A DNA stretch of 64,000 bases, from the NCBI GenBank assembly GCA_035510575.1, contig DATKGV010000004.1:88419-152418 (forward strand), in the 5' to 3' direction. The notes under the pieces are model-generated. The model was not told the origin of the DNA, made no database searches, and saw only the letters and a program-made list of their open reading frames with translations. Below are positions 48,402 through 56,601 of the stretch, piece by piece. Source of the stretch: Minisyncoccota bacterium (GTDB lineage: Bacteria; Patescibacteriota; Minisyncoccia; Phycocordibacterales; UBA9973). The position numbers and the translations under genes are program-made. Every line of letters starts with the position of its first letter. Position 1 is the stretch's first letter.

Positions 48402-48435
48402 TGCTACAAACTCTGCAGGTGCAGAGTTTGTAGCA
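48402..48435. repeat. 34-nt palindrome copy 3 (centre CAGGTG instead of CACGTG)
   Basis: TGCTACAAACTCTGCAGGTGCAGAGTTTGTAGCA. Starts 4 nt after the stop of the PaaX-like gene. Confidence 0.85.
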
Positions 48436-48459
48436 TTCTTGGAAAACGATTACATGAGA

Positions 48460-49179
48460 TTATCCTTTCGGATACATCTTAATTGCAAGCTGTTTGCATT
48501 CTTCTAAAATTTTCTCTTCACTTGGTAATACAAGAGGTGTTTCGCGAATAAATTCTGAAACATTTCCATTGGCAAAATCGCGGAGAGTTTCAATCTGCAC
48601 TTCATGCTCAATCGGAAGCACTCGCGCTTGGAGTATTTCTGCAGTATCGTTTTGAAATATTGGCACTTGCTTTCTTTTCACAATTTTTCCTTCATCAAAA
48701 TCAACTGTAACTCTATGGGCTGTAGCTTCTGTCCAAAAATCTTTGTTCGTCCTGCGGACAAATTCCAGTCGCGCTTGGTGAACGCGCATTCCATACATTC
48801 CAACTCCGCCAAAGTCAGGTCGCCCTGTGTCCAATGGTCCTGGATGCTGATTGATAATCATATTTTTGTAGGCCTCTATGACATTGCTTGGCGTTTTAAC
48901 TAGCCAGCCATATTGGCCGATAAAATCAACATTTCTCTTCTTGCATTCGGCAAGAATAGCTTCTCCATATAAGCTGTTATCAGCAAATGCTTTTGGATTT
49001 AAAACTAGAATATCTTTTTCTTTAATGCCGAGATCGAGCGCTTTTTGTATTCCTCCAATTCCCTCTTTGCTGGCAATAACAAGAGCAGGAACAACGCCTT
49101 GCAAAGCATTATCTTTGCAGGCCTTTATAATTGCCTGCATAGTAGTTCCGCCGCCAGATATGAGCAAAGCGATTTTCAT
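48460..49179 (-). CDS. purN: Phosphoribosylglycinamide formyltransferase
   Basis: MKIALLISGGGTTMQAII plus a formyltransferase core (INQHPGPL). Confidence 0.85.
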   Translation of the reverse strand: MKIALLISGGGTTMQAIIKACKDNALQGVVPALVIASKEGIGGIQKALDLGIKEKDILVLNPKAFADNSLYGEAILAECKKRNVDFIGQYGWLVKTPSNVIEAYKNMIINQHPGPLDTGRPDFGGVGMYGMRVHQARLEFVRRTNKDFWTEATAHRVTVDFDEGKIVKRKQVPIFQNDTAEILQARVLPIEHEVQIETLRDFANGNVSEFIRETPLVLPSEEKILEECKQLAIKMYPKG

Positions 49180-49184
49180 AAAAA

Positions 49185-50582
49185 TTATTCGTAATGGATA
49201 TTATAATTGACTTCTTCTTTTCTTTCTAAAATATCAATCGGATAAACGCCGGTAAAAGCCGATAATGAAAAATTTTCTTTCGGGAGCCCTGTGGCCTTGA
49301 CCATGCCGTCAATTGACAGGAATGACAAAGAAGTCGCTCCCAAATATTCTCTTGTCTCTTCTATTGTTCTTTGCGAGGAAATCAAATTAACTTGCTTGGG
49401 AGTATCAATGCCGTAAAAATCAGGAAATCGGACAGGCGCCGAACTGACCATAAAATGCACTTCTTTGGCGCCGGCATCAAAAAGCATTTTGACTATCTGC
49501 TGGCTGGTCGTGCCCCGCACGATAGAATCATCAACGACTGCTACTCGCTTTCCTCGTATTGTTTCTTCAAGCGGAGTCAGTTTCATTTTGACCTTCTGCT
49601 CGCGATTTGCCTGTGTCGGTTCGATGAATGTGCGATGTATGTAGCGATTTTTGACTAAAGCCATTTCAAACGGTATGCCTAATTCCTGCGAATATCCGAT
49701 TGCCGCCGGAATTGCGGTTTCCGGCACGGGTATTACGATGTCAACTTCTTTCTTGTGTTCCTGCGCTAATATTTTGCCGAAATTCTTGCGGACTTCATAG
49801 ACCGATTTGCCCATTATGACGCTGTCATAGCGAGCAAAATAAACGAATTCGAAAATATCAAACTTCGGTTCAGCTTTTTTGAGAATTTTGCTTTCTATCC
49901 CATTTTTCGTGATAATCACCATCTCGCCGGGACTGACATCTCGCAAGAATTTTGCGCCGACAGTACGAAAGGCGCAAGTTTCAGAAGCCACGACTATTTC
50001 ATTTTTATCCGATTTGCCGATGACAAGCGGACGAACGCCGCAGTAATCGCGAAATGCCACCAGGCAGTCGCATGATAAAGCCACGCATGAAAATGCTCCG
50101 GTAAAAAGCGGATAGGCCTTTTCTACGGCAATCGGCAAAGAAAATCCGTCATCCATGTAAGCTCCGATGGCTTTAGACATTAATTTAGAATCAGAACAAT
50201 CTGAAATATCTTCGCCTCTGTCGCTTAAGAATTGAATAAGGGCTTTGGCGCTGGGAAGATTGCCATTATGGGCGAATGCCATTTTGCCTTTATACATTAT
50301 GGGCTGCGCATGCTGTATGCCTAAACCGCGCGAAGTCGAGTAGCGATTATGCCCTATCGCCGCAAATCCTGGAAGCTCTTTAAGAATTTCTTCCGTATAA
50401 ATCTGGCTGACAAGCCCTGTTTTCTTGTATAAAAATATATTCGAGCCGTCGGTCGTTGCAATGCCAGAATGCTCTTGGCCCCTATGCTGAAGAGCGAACA
50501 ATCCGAAATAGGCCTGGCGAGCCGCATCGCTTCCATCCCAGATTCCGAAAACCGCGCATTTTTCATTTAGTTTATTATTCAT
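49185..50582 (-). CDS. purF: Amidophosphoribosyltransferase
   Basis: N-terminal nucleophile Cys (CAVFGIW), LQHRGQEHSGI, and a PRTase motif. Confidence 0.9.
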   Translation of the reverse strand: MNNKLNEKCAVFGIWDGSDAARQAYFGLFALQHRGQEHSGIATTDGSNIFLYKKTGLVSQIYTEEILKELPGFAAIGHNRYSTSRGLGIQHAQPIMYKGKMAFAHNGNLPSAKALIQFLSDRGEDISDCSDSKLMSKAIGAYMDDGFSLPIAVEKAYPLFTGAFSCVALSCDCLVAFRDYCGVRPLVIGKSDKNEIVVASETCAFRTVGAKFLRDVSPGEMVIITKNGIESKILKKAEPKFDIFEFVYFARYDSVIMGKSVYEVRKNFGKILAQEHKKEVDIVIPVPETAIPAAIGYSQELGIPFEMALVKNRYIHRTFIEPTQANREQKVKMKLTPLEETIRGKRVAVVDDSIVRGTTSQQIVKMLFDAGAKEVHFMVSSAPVRFPDFYGIDTPKQVNLISSQRTIEETREYLGATSLSFLSIDGMVKATGLPKENFSLSAFTGVYPIDILERKEEVNYNIHYE

Positions 50583-51376
50583 TATTTTTTAAAATAATTA
50601 ACGGCATTCTTGAACAAAGTAAGGCCGGGCCCGTCTGCGGGAATATTTTTTTTCTTTCTTAATAAAATTTCTTTCTTTATCTGCCAATTCGGCATTTGCT
50701 GGAAGAACATGGCGCGCTCTGGATGAGGCATCAGCCCTAATACTCTCCCATTATACCCCAGTACTCCGGCAATATCTCGCATAGCGCCGTTTGGATTGGC
50801 TTTTAAATTCTGATACTTGCACATTTCGCCTTTTGTATAAATAAAAGCGATCTGTCTGCCTTTTCGCATTTCTTTATATTCTTTTTCTGAGATGACATAT
50901 CGTCCTTCGCCGTGCGCTATAGGCAACGATATTTTCTTAAGATTGCCAAGCCACGGGCTCCTGCCAAGAACTTTAAGATCTACCCATCTATCTATATATT
51001 GTCCGCTTTCATTATGCGCGAGTCCGCCCGGAAGCAAACCGAGATTAGTGATTATTTGAAAGCCGTTGCATATGCCTATGGTCAAAGTGTCGCGATTGAC
51101 AAACCCTTCCAATTCTTTCTTTAAATGATTTTTAATCTTATTGGCATAGGCCTTGCCGCTGCCGGTATCATCGCCATAAGAAAATCCGCCCGGAAATACG
51201 AGAATTTGGTATTTCAAAAACATTGCAGGATTTTTAATTAAATCATTTATATGCACAATATCTGCTTCCCCTCCCGCTTTCTCAAAAGCAAATTTTGTCT
51301 CTTCTTCACAATTAAGCCCATATCCGGACATTATGAGTGCTTTTGGCTTTTTAAAATTTTTTTTGTCTTTTTTCAT
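50582..51376 (-). CDS. purQ: FGAM synthase glutaminase subunit
   Basis: Class-I GATase with a GICNGFQI nucleophile elbow. Confidence 0.9.
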   Translation of the reverse strand: MKKDKKNFKKPKALIMSGYGLNCEEETKFAFEKAGGEADIVHINDLIKNPAMFLKYQILVFPGGFSYGDDTGSGKAYANKIKNHLKKELEGFVNRDTLTIGICNGFQIITNLGLLPGGLAHNESGQYIDRWVDLKVLGRSPWLGNLKKISLPIAHGEGRYVISEKEYKEMRKGRQIAFIYTKGEMCKYQNLKANPNGAMRDIAGVLGYNGRVLGLMPHPERAMFFQQMPNWQIKKEILLRKKKNIPADGPGLTLFKNAVNYFKK

Positions 51377-51377
51377 A

Positions 51378-54300
51378 TTATTCCATCTTATTTGAAAAAT
51401 AGTTATACGATCCTGATAGTTTTTTAAGGTTTGTATCTATGACATTATTACCTTTTTCATCTTTGACAATCAGCTTCTTGTTGTTAGAAACAATCCCAAT
51501 CTTTGCAAATGGAATATTTTTCATCAATTTTTCGAACGAAGCCACATTTTTCTTCCCAACTGTCACAACAATTCTTCCTTGGCTTTCAGAAAAAAGTTTT
51601 GAATCAATAGTTGTGGCTTTTCCTTTCATATTCTTTATTGAAATATTGGCGCCAAGCATGCCACCTATGCTTCCTTTCGCAAGCGCGCACGCAAACCCGC
51701 CAGAAGCAATGGAAATGGAAGATGCTATCAATTTTTTATATATCGCCTTCTCTAAAGCTCTATATATTTTTGTATTTTTCTTGAAATCTACTTTAGGCAC
51801 ATTATTGCCAATCTTTGAGGTATTATTCCCGGAAAGTAATTTAAAATATTCCGACGCGCCAAGCTCGTCGTGCGTTTCGCCGATTAGATATATGATATCT
51901 CCCGCCATTTTGAAATCGGGCGTAACGCATTTATTAATATCAGGAATAACGCCGATAGCCGAAATAAGAAGCGTAGGAGGTATGGAAATCGCAACGGGAT
52001 TGCCTTTATCATCATAGCCCTTAAAATCATTGAACATGCTGTCTTTGCCTGAAATAAATGGCGTGCCATAACCGACAGCATAATCATAACAAGCGCGAAC
52101 GGCTTTTATGAGTTCTGCCAGCCGATTTTTGTCATAAGAAGAGCACCAGCAGAAGTTATCAAGAATTGCCAGATTATCAAGCGATGCTCCGCAAGCGACT
52201 GCGTTCCTGATGGCCGTATCTATAGCGCAAGCAGCCATGTGATAAGCATTTATATCGGAATATGAAGGATATAAGCTGGATGAAAGCGCAACTCCTTTCA
52301 TTGATGGCAATACCGGGCGGATGATTTGAGCGTCCGTATTGATGCGGCCGGCGCCGAATAACGGCTTGATAACCGATCCGGCCTGCACTTCATGATCGTA
52401 CTGCTCGGATATCCATTTGAAGCTTCCGATATTGCCGGTCTTTAAAAGTTCCAGCAAATATTTCGTTCGTGAATTGCCTTTCGGCAAATCAGGTTCGGCA
52501 TAATTTTTCGGCATAGCAAGCGATTCCAAGTGGCGATGAGGCAAGCCGTTATGCAAGAATTCCATTTCAATATCCATAATAATTTTGCCATTATGCCTGA
52601 CAACGCAATGCGAAGAATCAGTGAATTCTCCTATTCGGCAAGCTAGCACCCCGCGGGACTCCATTAAATCATTGAATGCCTTCCATTTATCTTTTGGCAC
52701 AGAAAGAGTCATGCGTTCCTGCGATTCAGAAATCCAAATCTGCCACGGCATAAGTCCGGGGTATTTAAGAGGCACTTTTTCAATATCAACAATTGCTCCG
52801 CCATATTTGCTGTTAGAAGAAAAAATTTCTTTAGCCATCTCGGCAACTGAACACGATAAACCGCCGGCGCCGTTATCGGTAATGCTGGTGTATAGCCCCA
52901 AGTTTCTCGCCTCTTTGACTATGGCATCGCTTAATTTCTTTTGAGTGATCGGATCGCCTATCTGGACAGCTGTCGCCGGACTTGATGAATCCATTGCCAC
53001 AGACGAGAACGTCGCTCCATGAATGCCGTCAGCTCCGACTTTTCCTCCGATAATGACTATGTAATCGCCTTTTTGCGCGCATTTTTCATGAGACGGCTTG
53101 CCGTTGATAATTCTCGGCAAAAGACCGATAGTGCCGACAAAAACCAGTGGCTTTGCGCGAAATCTGTCATCATATCTGGCAAATCCAGAGACAGTAGGAA
53201 TTCCAGAACAGTTGCCGCCGACATTTACGCCTCTGATAACTCCGTCAATAATGCGCTTCGGCGGAAGCATTTTTTGCGTGAGATTTTTGTCGCGAAATAG
53301 CGGCCTTTTGTCGTCGGGATTGCCAAAACAAAATCCGTACATATTTGCCACCGGCTTTGCTCCCATGCCAAAACCGATAGTGTCGCGATTGACACCGACA
53401 ATGCCAGTAATAGCCCCGCCGAATGGATCAAGCGCCGATGGGCTGTTATGCGTCTCCACTTTGTGAGTAACCATAAAATCCTTGTCAAAAACAATTCCTC
53501 CGGAATTATCCGAAAATACTGAAATGCAAAAATCGTTCTTTCCTTTCTGCTTGCGAATAAGATTTGTCGCGCCCTTTATGTACGTCTTATATAATCCATC
53601 TTTTATATCATCAATCGAATTTGCAAATATCGTGTGCTTGCAGTGCTCGCTCCAGGTCTGCGCCAATGATTCCAATTCAATATCGGTCGGGTCACGCTGT
53701 AAATCTCTAAAATGTTTCTGAATTATTTTCATTGATGACAAGTCAAGAGCCAGCGGTCCGCGGCGCGAGCCTGCTTGCGCAGATAGGCCATCTCTATCTT
53801 GTATTCCTTCTTTTCCTATTTTTATAAGTTCATCGTCAGATACATTAAGAGGCACATTAATGACGGGAATTTTTTTAGGCAAGATAACTTGAGGCACTAT
53901 AAGAGGCAAAGAATTATTTTTCTTAACAATGCCAGCTTCCGTAATTCCAAACCTTTCTATAAGCGGATTATGAAGAGACAAGGCGATTTTTTTCATATCA
54001 GATTCCGTGACATTGCCTGAAACGAAAAAAAGCCGCGAGGTATAGACAGCTTCATTCGCGCCAAGCGCGCGTCCTATGCAGTCGGAAATTTCTTCTTTGG
54101 CGGTTTGTCCGACATTATCCGTAACTCCCGGCAAAAAGCCGATTTCGCAGACAAAAGAAAAATCGCCTATTCCAGGCAATGTATTTATGCTATGCGTTTC
54201 AATGACGGGATTAGTTAAAGTAATGGCTGATTTTGCAAGTTCATCACTTGAAAGTTTGGCATCTATGGTATATGAATCAACCAAAGAAACATGCGCCACC

Positions 54301-54392
54301 TTGCCGTTAATATCAAGCTTATTGAATGATTTTTGATGCAATATCCCGCGACTATCTTTACCTTTTGGTGCAATATATATGCGCGAAATCAT
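51378..54392 (-). CDS. purL: FGAM synthase PurS-PurL fusion
   Basis: An N-terminal PurS-like domain of about 80 aa, followed by PurL AIRS-type domains. 1004 aa. Confidence 0.9.
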   Translation of the reverse strand: MISRIYIAPKGKDSRGILHQKSFNKLDINGKVAHVSLVDSYTIDAKLSSDELAKSAITLTNPVIETHSINTLPGIGDFSFVCEIGFLPGVTDNVGQTAKEEISDCIGRALGANEAVYTSRLFFVSGNVTESDMKKIALSLHNPLIERFGITEAGIVKKNNSLPLIVPQVILPKKIPVINVPLNVSDDELIKIGKEGIQDRDGLSAQAGSRRGPLALDLSSMKIIQKHFRDLQRDPTDIELESLAQTWSEHCKHTIFANSIDDIKDGLYKTYIKGATNLIRKQKGKNDFCISVFSDNSGGIVFDKDFMVTHKVETHNSPSALDPFGGAITGIVGVNRDTIGFGMGAKPVANMYGFCFGNPDDKRPLFRDKNLTQKMLPPKRIIDGVIRGVNVGGNCSGIPTVSGFARYDDRFRAKPLVFVGTIGLLPRIINGKPSHEKCAQKGDYIVIIGGKVGADGIHGATFSSVAMDSSSPATAVQIGDPITQKKLSDAIVKEARNLGLYTSITDNGAGGLSCSVAEMAKEIFSSNSKYGGAIVDIEKVPLKYPGLMPWQIWISESQERMTLSVPKDKWKAFNDLMESRGVLACRIGEFTDSSHCVVRHNGKIIMDIEMEFLHNGLPHRHLESLAMPKNYAEPDLPKGNSRTKYLLELLKTGNIGSFKWISEQYDHEVQAGSVIKPLFGAGRINTDAQIIRPVLPSMKGVALSSSLYPSYSDINAYHMAACAIDTAIRNAVACGASLDNLAILDNFCWCSSYDKNRLAELIKAVRACYDYAVGYGTPFISGKDSMFNDFKGYDDKGNPVAISIPPTLLISAIGVIPDINKCVTPDFKMAGDIIYLIGETHDELGASEYFKLLSGNNTSKIGNNVPKVDFKKNTKIYRALEKAIYKKLIASSISIASGGFACALAKGSIGGMLGANISIKNMKGKATTIDSKLFSESQGRIVVTVGKKNVASFEKLMKNIPFAKIGIVSNNKKLIVKDEKGNNVIDTNLKKLSGSYNYFSNKME

Positions 54393-54461
54393 AATAGTAG
54401 TATTCTATTACATATTTTGATTTGCCACAACTATATTAGAATGTGTGATATGATATAAATT

Positions 54462-54944
54462 ATGGAAAAGATAAATATCTACATAGATGGTAACAATTTA
54501 TACCGATCGGCTAAAGAATTAGGATTTGAAATTGATTACAAAAAATTTAGAGGATGGCTTAGGCAGAAATATAATGCAAGCAATATCTATTTATTCATTG
54601 GTCTTGTGCCCGAAAGAGTAAAATTCTATGAACACCTGCAAAGTTGTGGCTATATTTTAGTTTTTAAACAAACAGTTTCTATTGGAGAAAAAATAAAAGG
54701 AAATTGTGATGCGGAACTTGTATTAAAAACCGTATCTGACTTTTACATTAAATCTTTTTCAAAATGCATTTTGATCACTGGTGATGGAGATTTTGGATGT
54801 TTAGTAGAATTTTTAAAAGAAAATAAAGTTATAAATATAGTAATAGCTCCCGATGAAAATAAATGCTCCATTTTATTAAGAAATAAAAATATAGAAATTA
54901 CCTTTTTAAACGAGCTTTATCATAAATTTTCAAATAAGATATAA
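54462..54944 (+). CDS. NYN/LabA-like domain protein (putative RNase)
   Basis: INIYIDGNNLYRSAK start and an ILITGDGDF block typical of NYN. Confidence 0.7.
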   Translation: MEKINIYIDGNNLYRSAKELGFEIDYKKFRGWLRQKYNASNIYLFIGLVPERVKFYEHLQSCGYILVFKQTVSIGEKIKGNCDAELVLKTVSDFYIKSFSKCILITGDGDFGCLVEFLKENKVINIVIAPDENKCSILLRNKNIEITFLNELYHKFSNKI

Positions 54945-54954
54945 AAAGAAAAAG

Positions 54955-54990
54955 CCCCCAATGCAGACGAATCTGCATAAGGGTCTTTTT
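54955..54990 (+). terminator. Rho-independent terminator downstream of the NYN gene
   Basis: CCC-A-ATGCAGA-CGAA-TCTGCAT-AA-GGG hairpin followed by TCTTTTT. Confidence 0.5.
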
Positions 54991-55060
54991 CATAGTGATG
55001 CGGATATTATATCACAATGTCTGATGTATGCAAGTAGTTAGAGAGATATTTTTAATATAT

Positions 55061-55930
55061 TTACGCAAGCGGTATTGAATCAGACACTTCTATTTGTCCA
55101 TCGTAATCATTACGACCATGCTCAATATCTTCATTATCCATTACTAATTCTGCTGCTTTAATATTTTCAGTAATAAAATCAAGTTTTGATCCACCAAACA
55201 ATGCAACCACATTTTTCTGTGAGATCAACCAACTTATTGCAAGCTCGGCATGGGTATATCCTACATATTTATCAGCAAAATCAAGCATCACAGAATTACC
55301 AGTATTAGCAAGTTTGCCAAGTTCAACAGCACGATATGCCACCAACATAATGTCATTATCTTGGCAATATTTTAATAAGCCGTCTCGCTCTGGACCTCTA
55401 AAAATAAGATTATAATGCACCTGATTTGCAACTATAGGATATTTACAATAACTCTGAGCTTCTCTTAATGTTTCTGTTTTAAAATTACTAACGCCAATAT
55501 TTTTTATTAATCCTTCTTCATATAATTCTTCAAGTGCTTCCATTTGTATTTTTAATGGAACTTCTTTATTACGCCAATGTAAATAATATAAATCAAAATA
55601 ATTGGTATTAACTCGCTTTAAACTTTCCCTACAAGCATTTTTTATCCCTTCCTTTGTTAACAAACTATCAAGACTTGCCTTTGAAGCAATAATCAAATTT
55701 TTTCTATCGTATCCTTCAATTGCTTTACCTAATATAATTTCGGAATAACCACGAGCATATAACTCAGCTGTGTCGATATGAGTAACACCATTATCAATAG
55801 CAAATCGTAATGCCTTTATATCTCTTTCATCATCATTATTTTTATCGTGTTTCCTATATCCGCCCATTGGCCAAGTACCTATGCCAATCACAGGCAATGA
55901 AAAGCCGTTTTTTAATGTCTTTATTTTCAT
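55061..55930 (-). CDS. Aldo/keto reductase
   Basis: LPVIGIGTW N-terminus and the AKR fold. Confidence 0.85.
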   Translation of the reverse strand: MKIKTLKNGFSLPVIGIGTWPMGGYRKHDKNNDDERDIKALRFAIDNGVTHIDTAELYARGYSEIILGKAIEGYDRKNLIIASKASLDSLLTKEGIKNACRESLKRVNTNYFDLYYLHWRNKEVPLKIQMEALEELYEEGLIKNIGVSNFKTETLREAQSYCKYPIVANQVHYNLIFRGPERDGLLKYCQDNDIMLVAYRAVELGKLANTGNSVMLDFADKYVGYTHAELAISWLISQKNVVALFGGSKLDFITENIKAAELVMDNEDIEHGRNDYDGQIEVSDSIPLA

Positions 55931-55970
55931 AAATTTATTATATCAAAATAATAAATGTTAAAAAACCTAT

Positions 55971-56588
55971 TTAAATCTCTTTATCGGCAAATACCACAAG
56001 GCGGTCGGAGTGGCTTTTCAGAATTTTATTCCAAAATCCTGTGCAAGTTATCAGATTAAGGTGCGCTTTGCCGTCGTTTGAACCAAACACATCGGAATCA
56101 TCTTCATTCGGACTGTATGTCTTAAAATCACGAGCTATGAAAGTTATGGTATCTCCTTTTTCATCTTCAACATATATTTTGTCTCCTTTTTGCAGCTTGT
56201 ATAAATCGTCAAATACGGCCGGTATCCCATTTTTCCAGCCGGAATGTCCGGCAATAACAGAACTGCCCGGTTCTCCAGGACGAGGGCCTAAATAAAACCA
56301 GGCCGTATCAGCAGGGCCTTTTGGCACATCCATTGCTCCATCAGGCGAAACGCCTACATATTCAATAACAGAATCAATGTTTAGTTTTGGAATTTTAAGG
56401 CGCACTGGCAATGAAATGCTTGCTTTTTCATTATTCAAAATAGGAATGATATTTGAATTAAGCAATAAAGAATCATTTTTAAAATTTTTAAAAATAGAAT
56501 GATAAATAAAAACCAAAGAAAAAACGCAACAAATCGATACAGCGATAATCGCTATTTTTCTTTTTAATAAAAATTTTGATAAATTCAT
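55971..56588 (-). CDS. Sortase-family transpeptidase
   Basis: N-terminal TM, His block VIAGHSG, and the catalytic TLxTC motif (LNLITCTG). Confidence 0.8.
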   Translation of the reverse strand: MNLSKFLLKRKIAIIAVSICCVFSLVFIYHSIFKNFKNDSLLLNSNIIPILNNEKASISLPVRLKIPKLNIDSVIEYVGVSPDGAMDVPKGPADTAWFYLGPRPGEPGSSVIAGHSGWKNGIPAVFDDLYKLQKGDKIYVEDEKGDTITFIARDFKTYSPNEDDSDVFGSNDGKAHLNLITCTGFWNKILKSHSDRLVVFADKEI

Positions 56589-56601
56589 ACTGACATTAAA
56601 T

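Noticed and set aside
46038-48435. Palindromic repeats as a CRISPR array
   Set aside because: There are only three copies, about 1.8 kb and 0.5 kb apart, separated by genes rather than short unique spacers. The repeats are self-complementary, unlike most CRISPR repeats. No cas1 or cas genes other than the Cas2-like domain were found.
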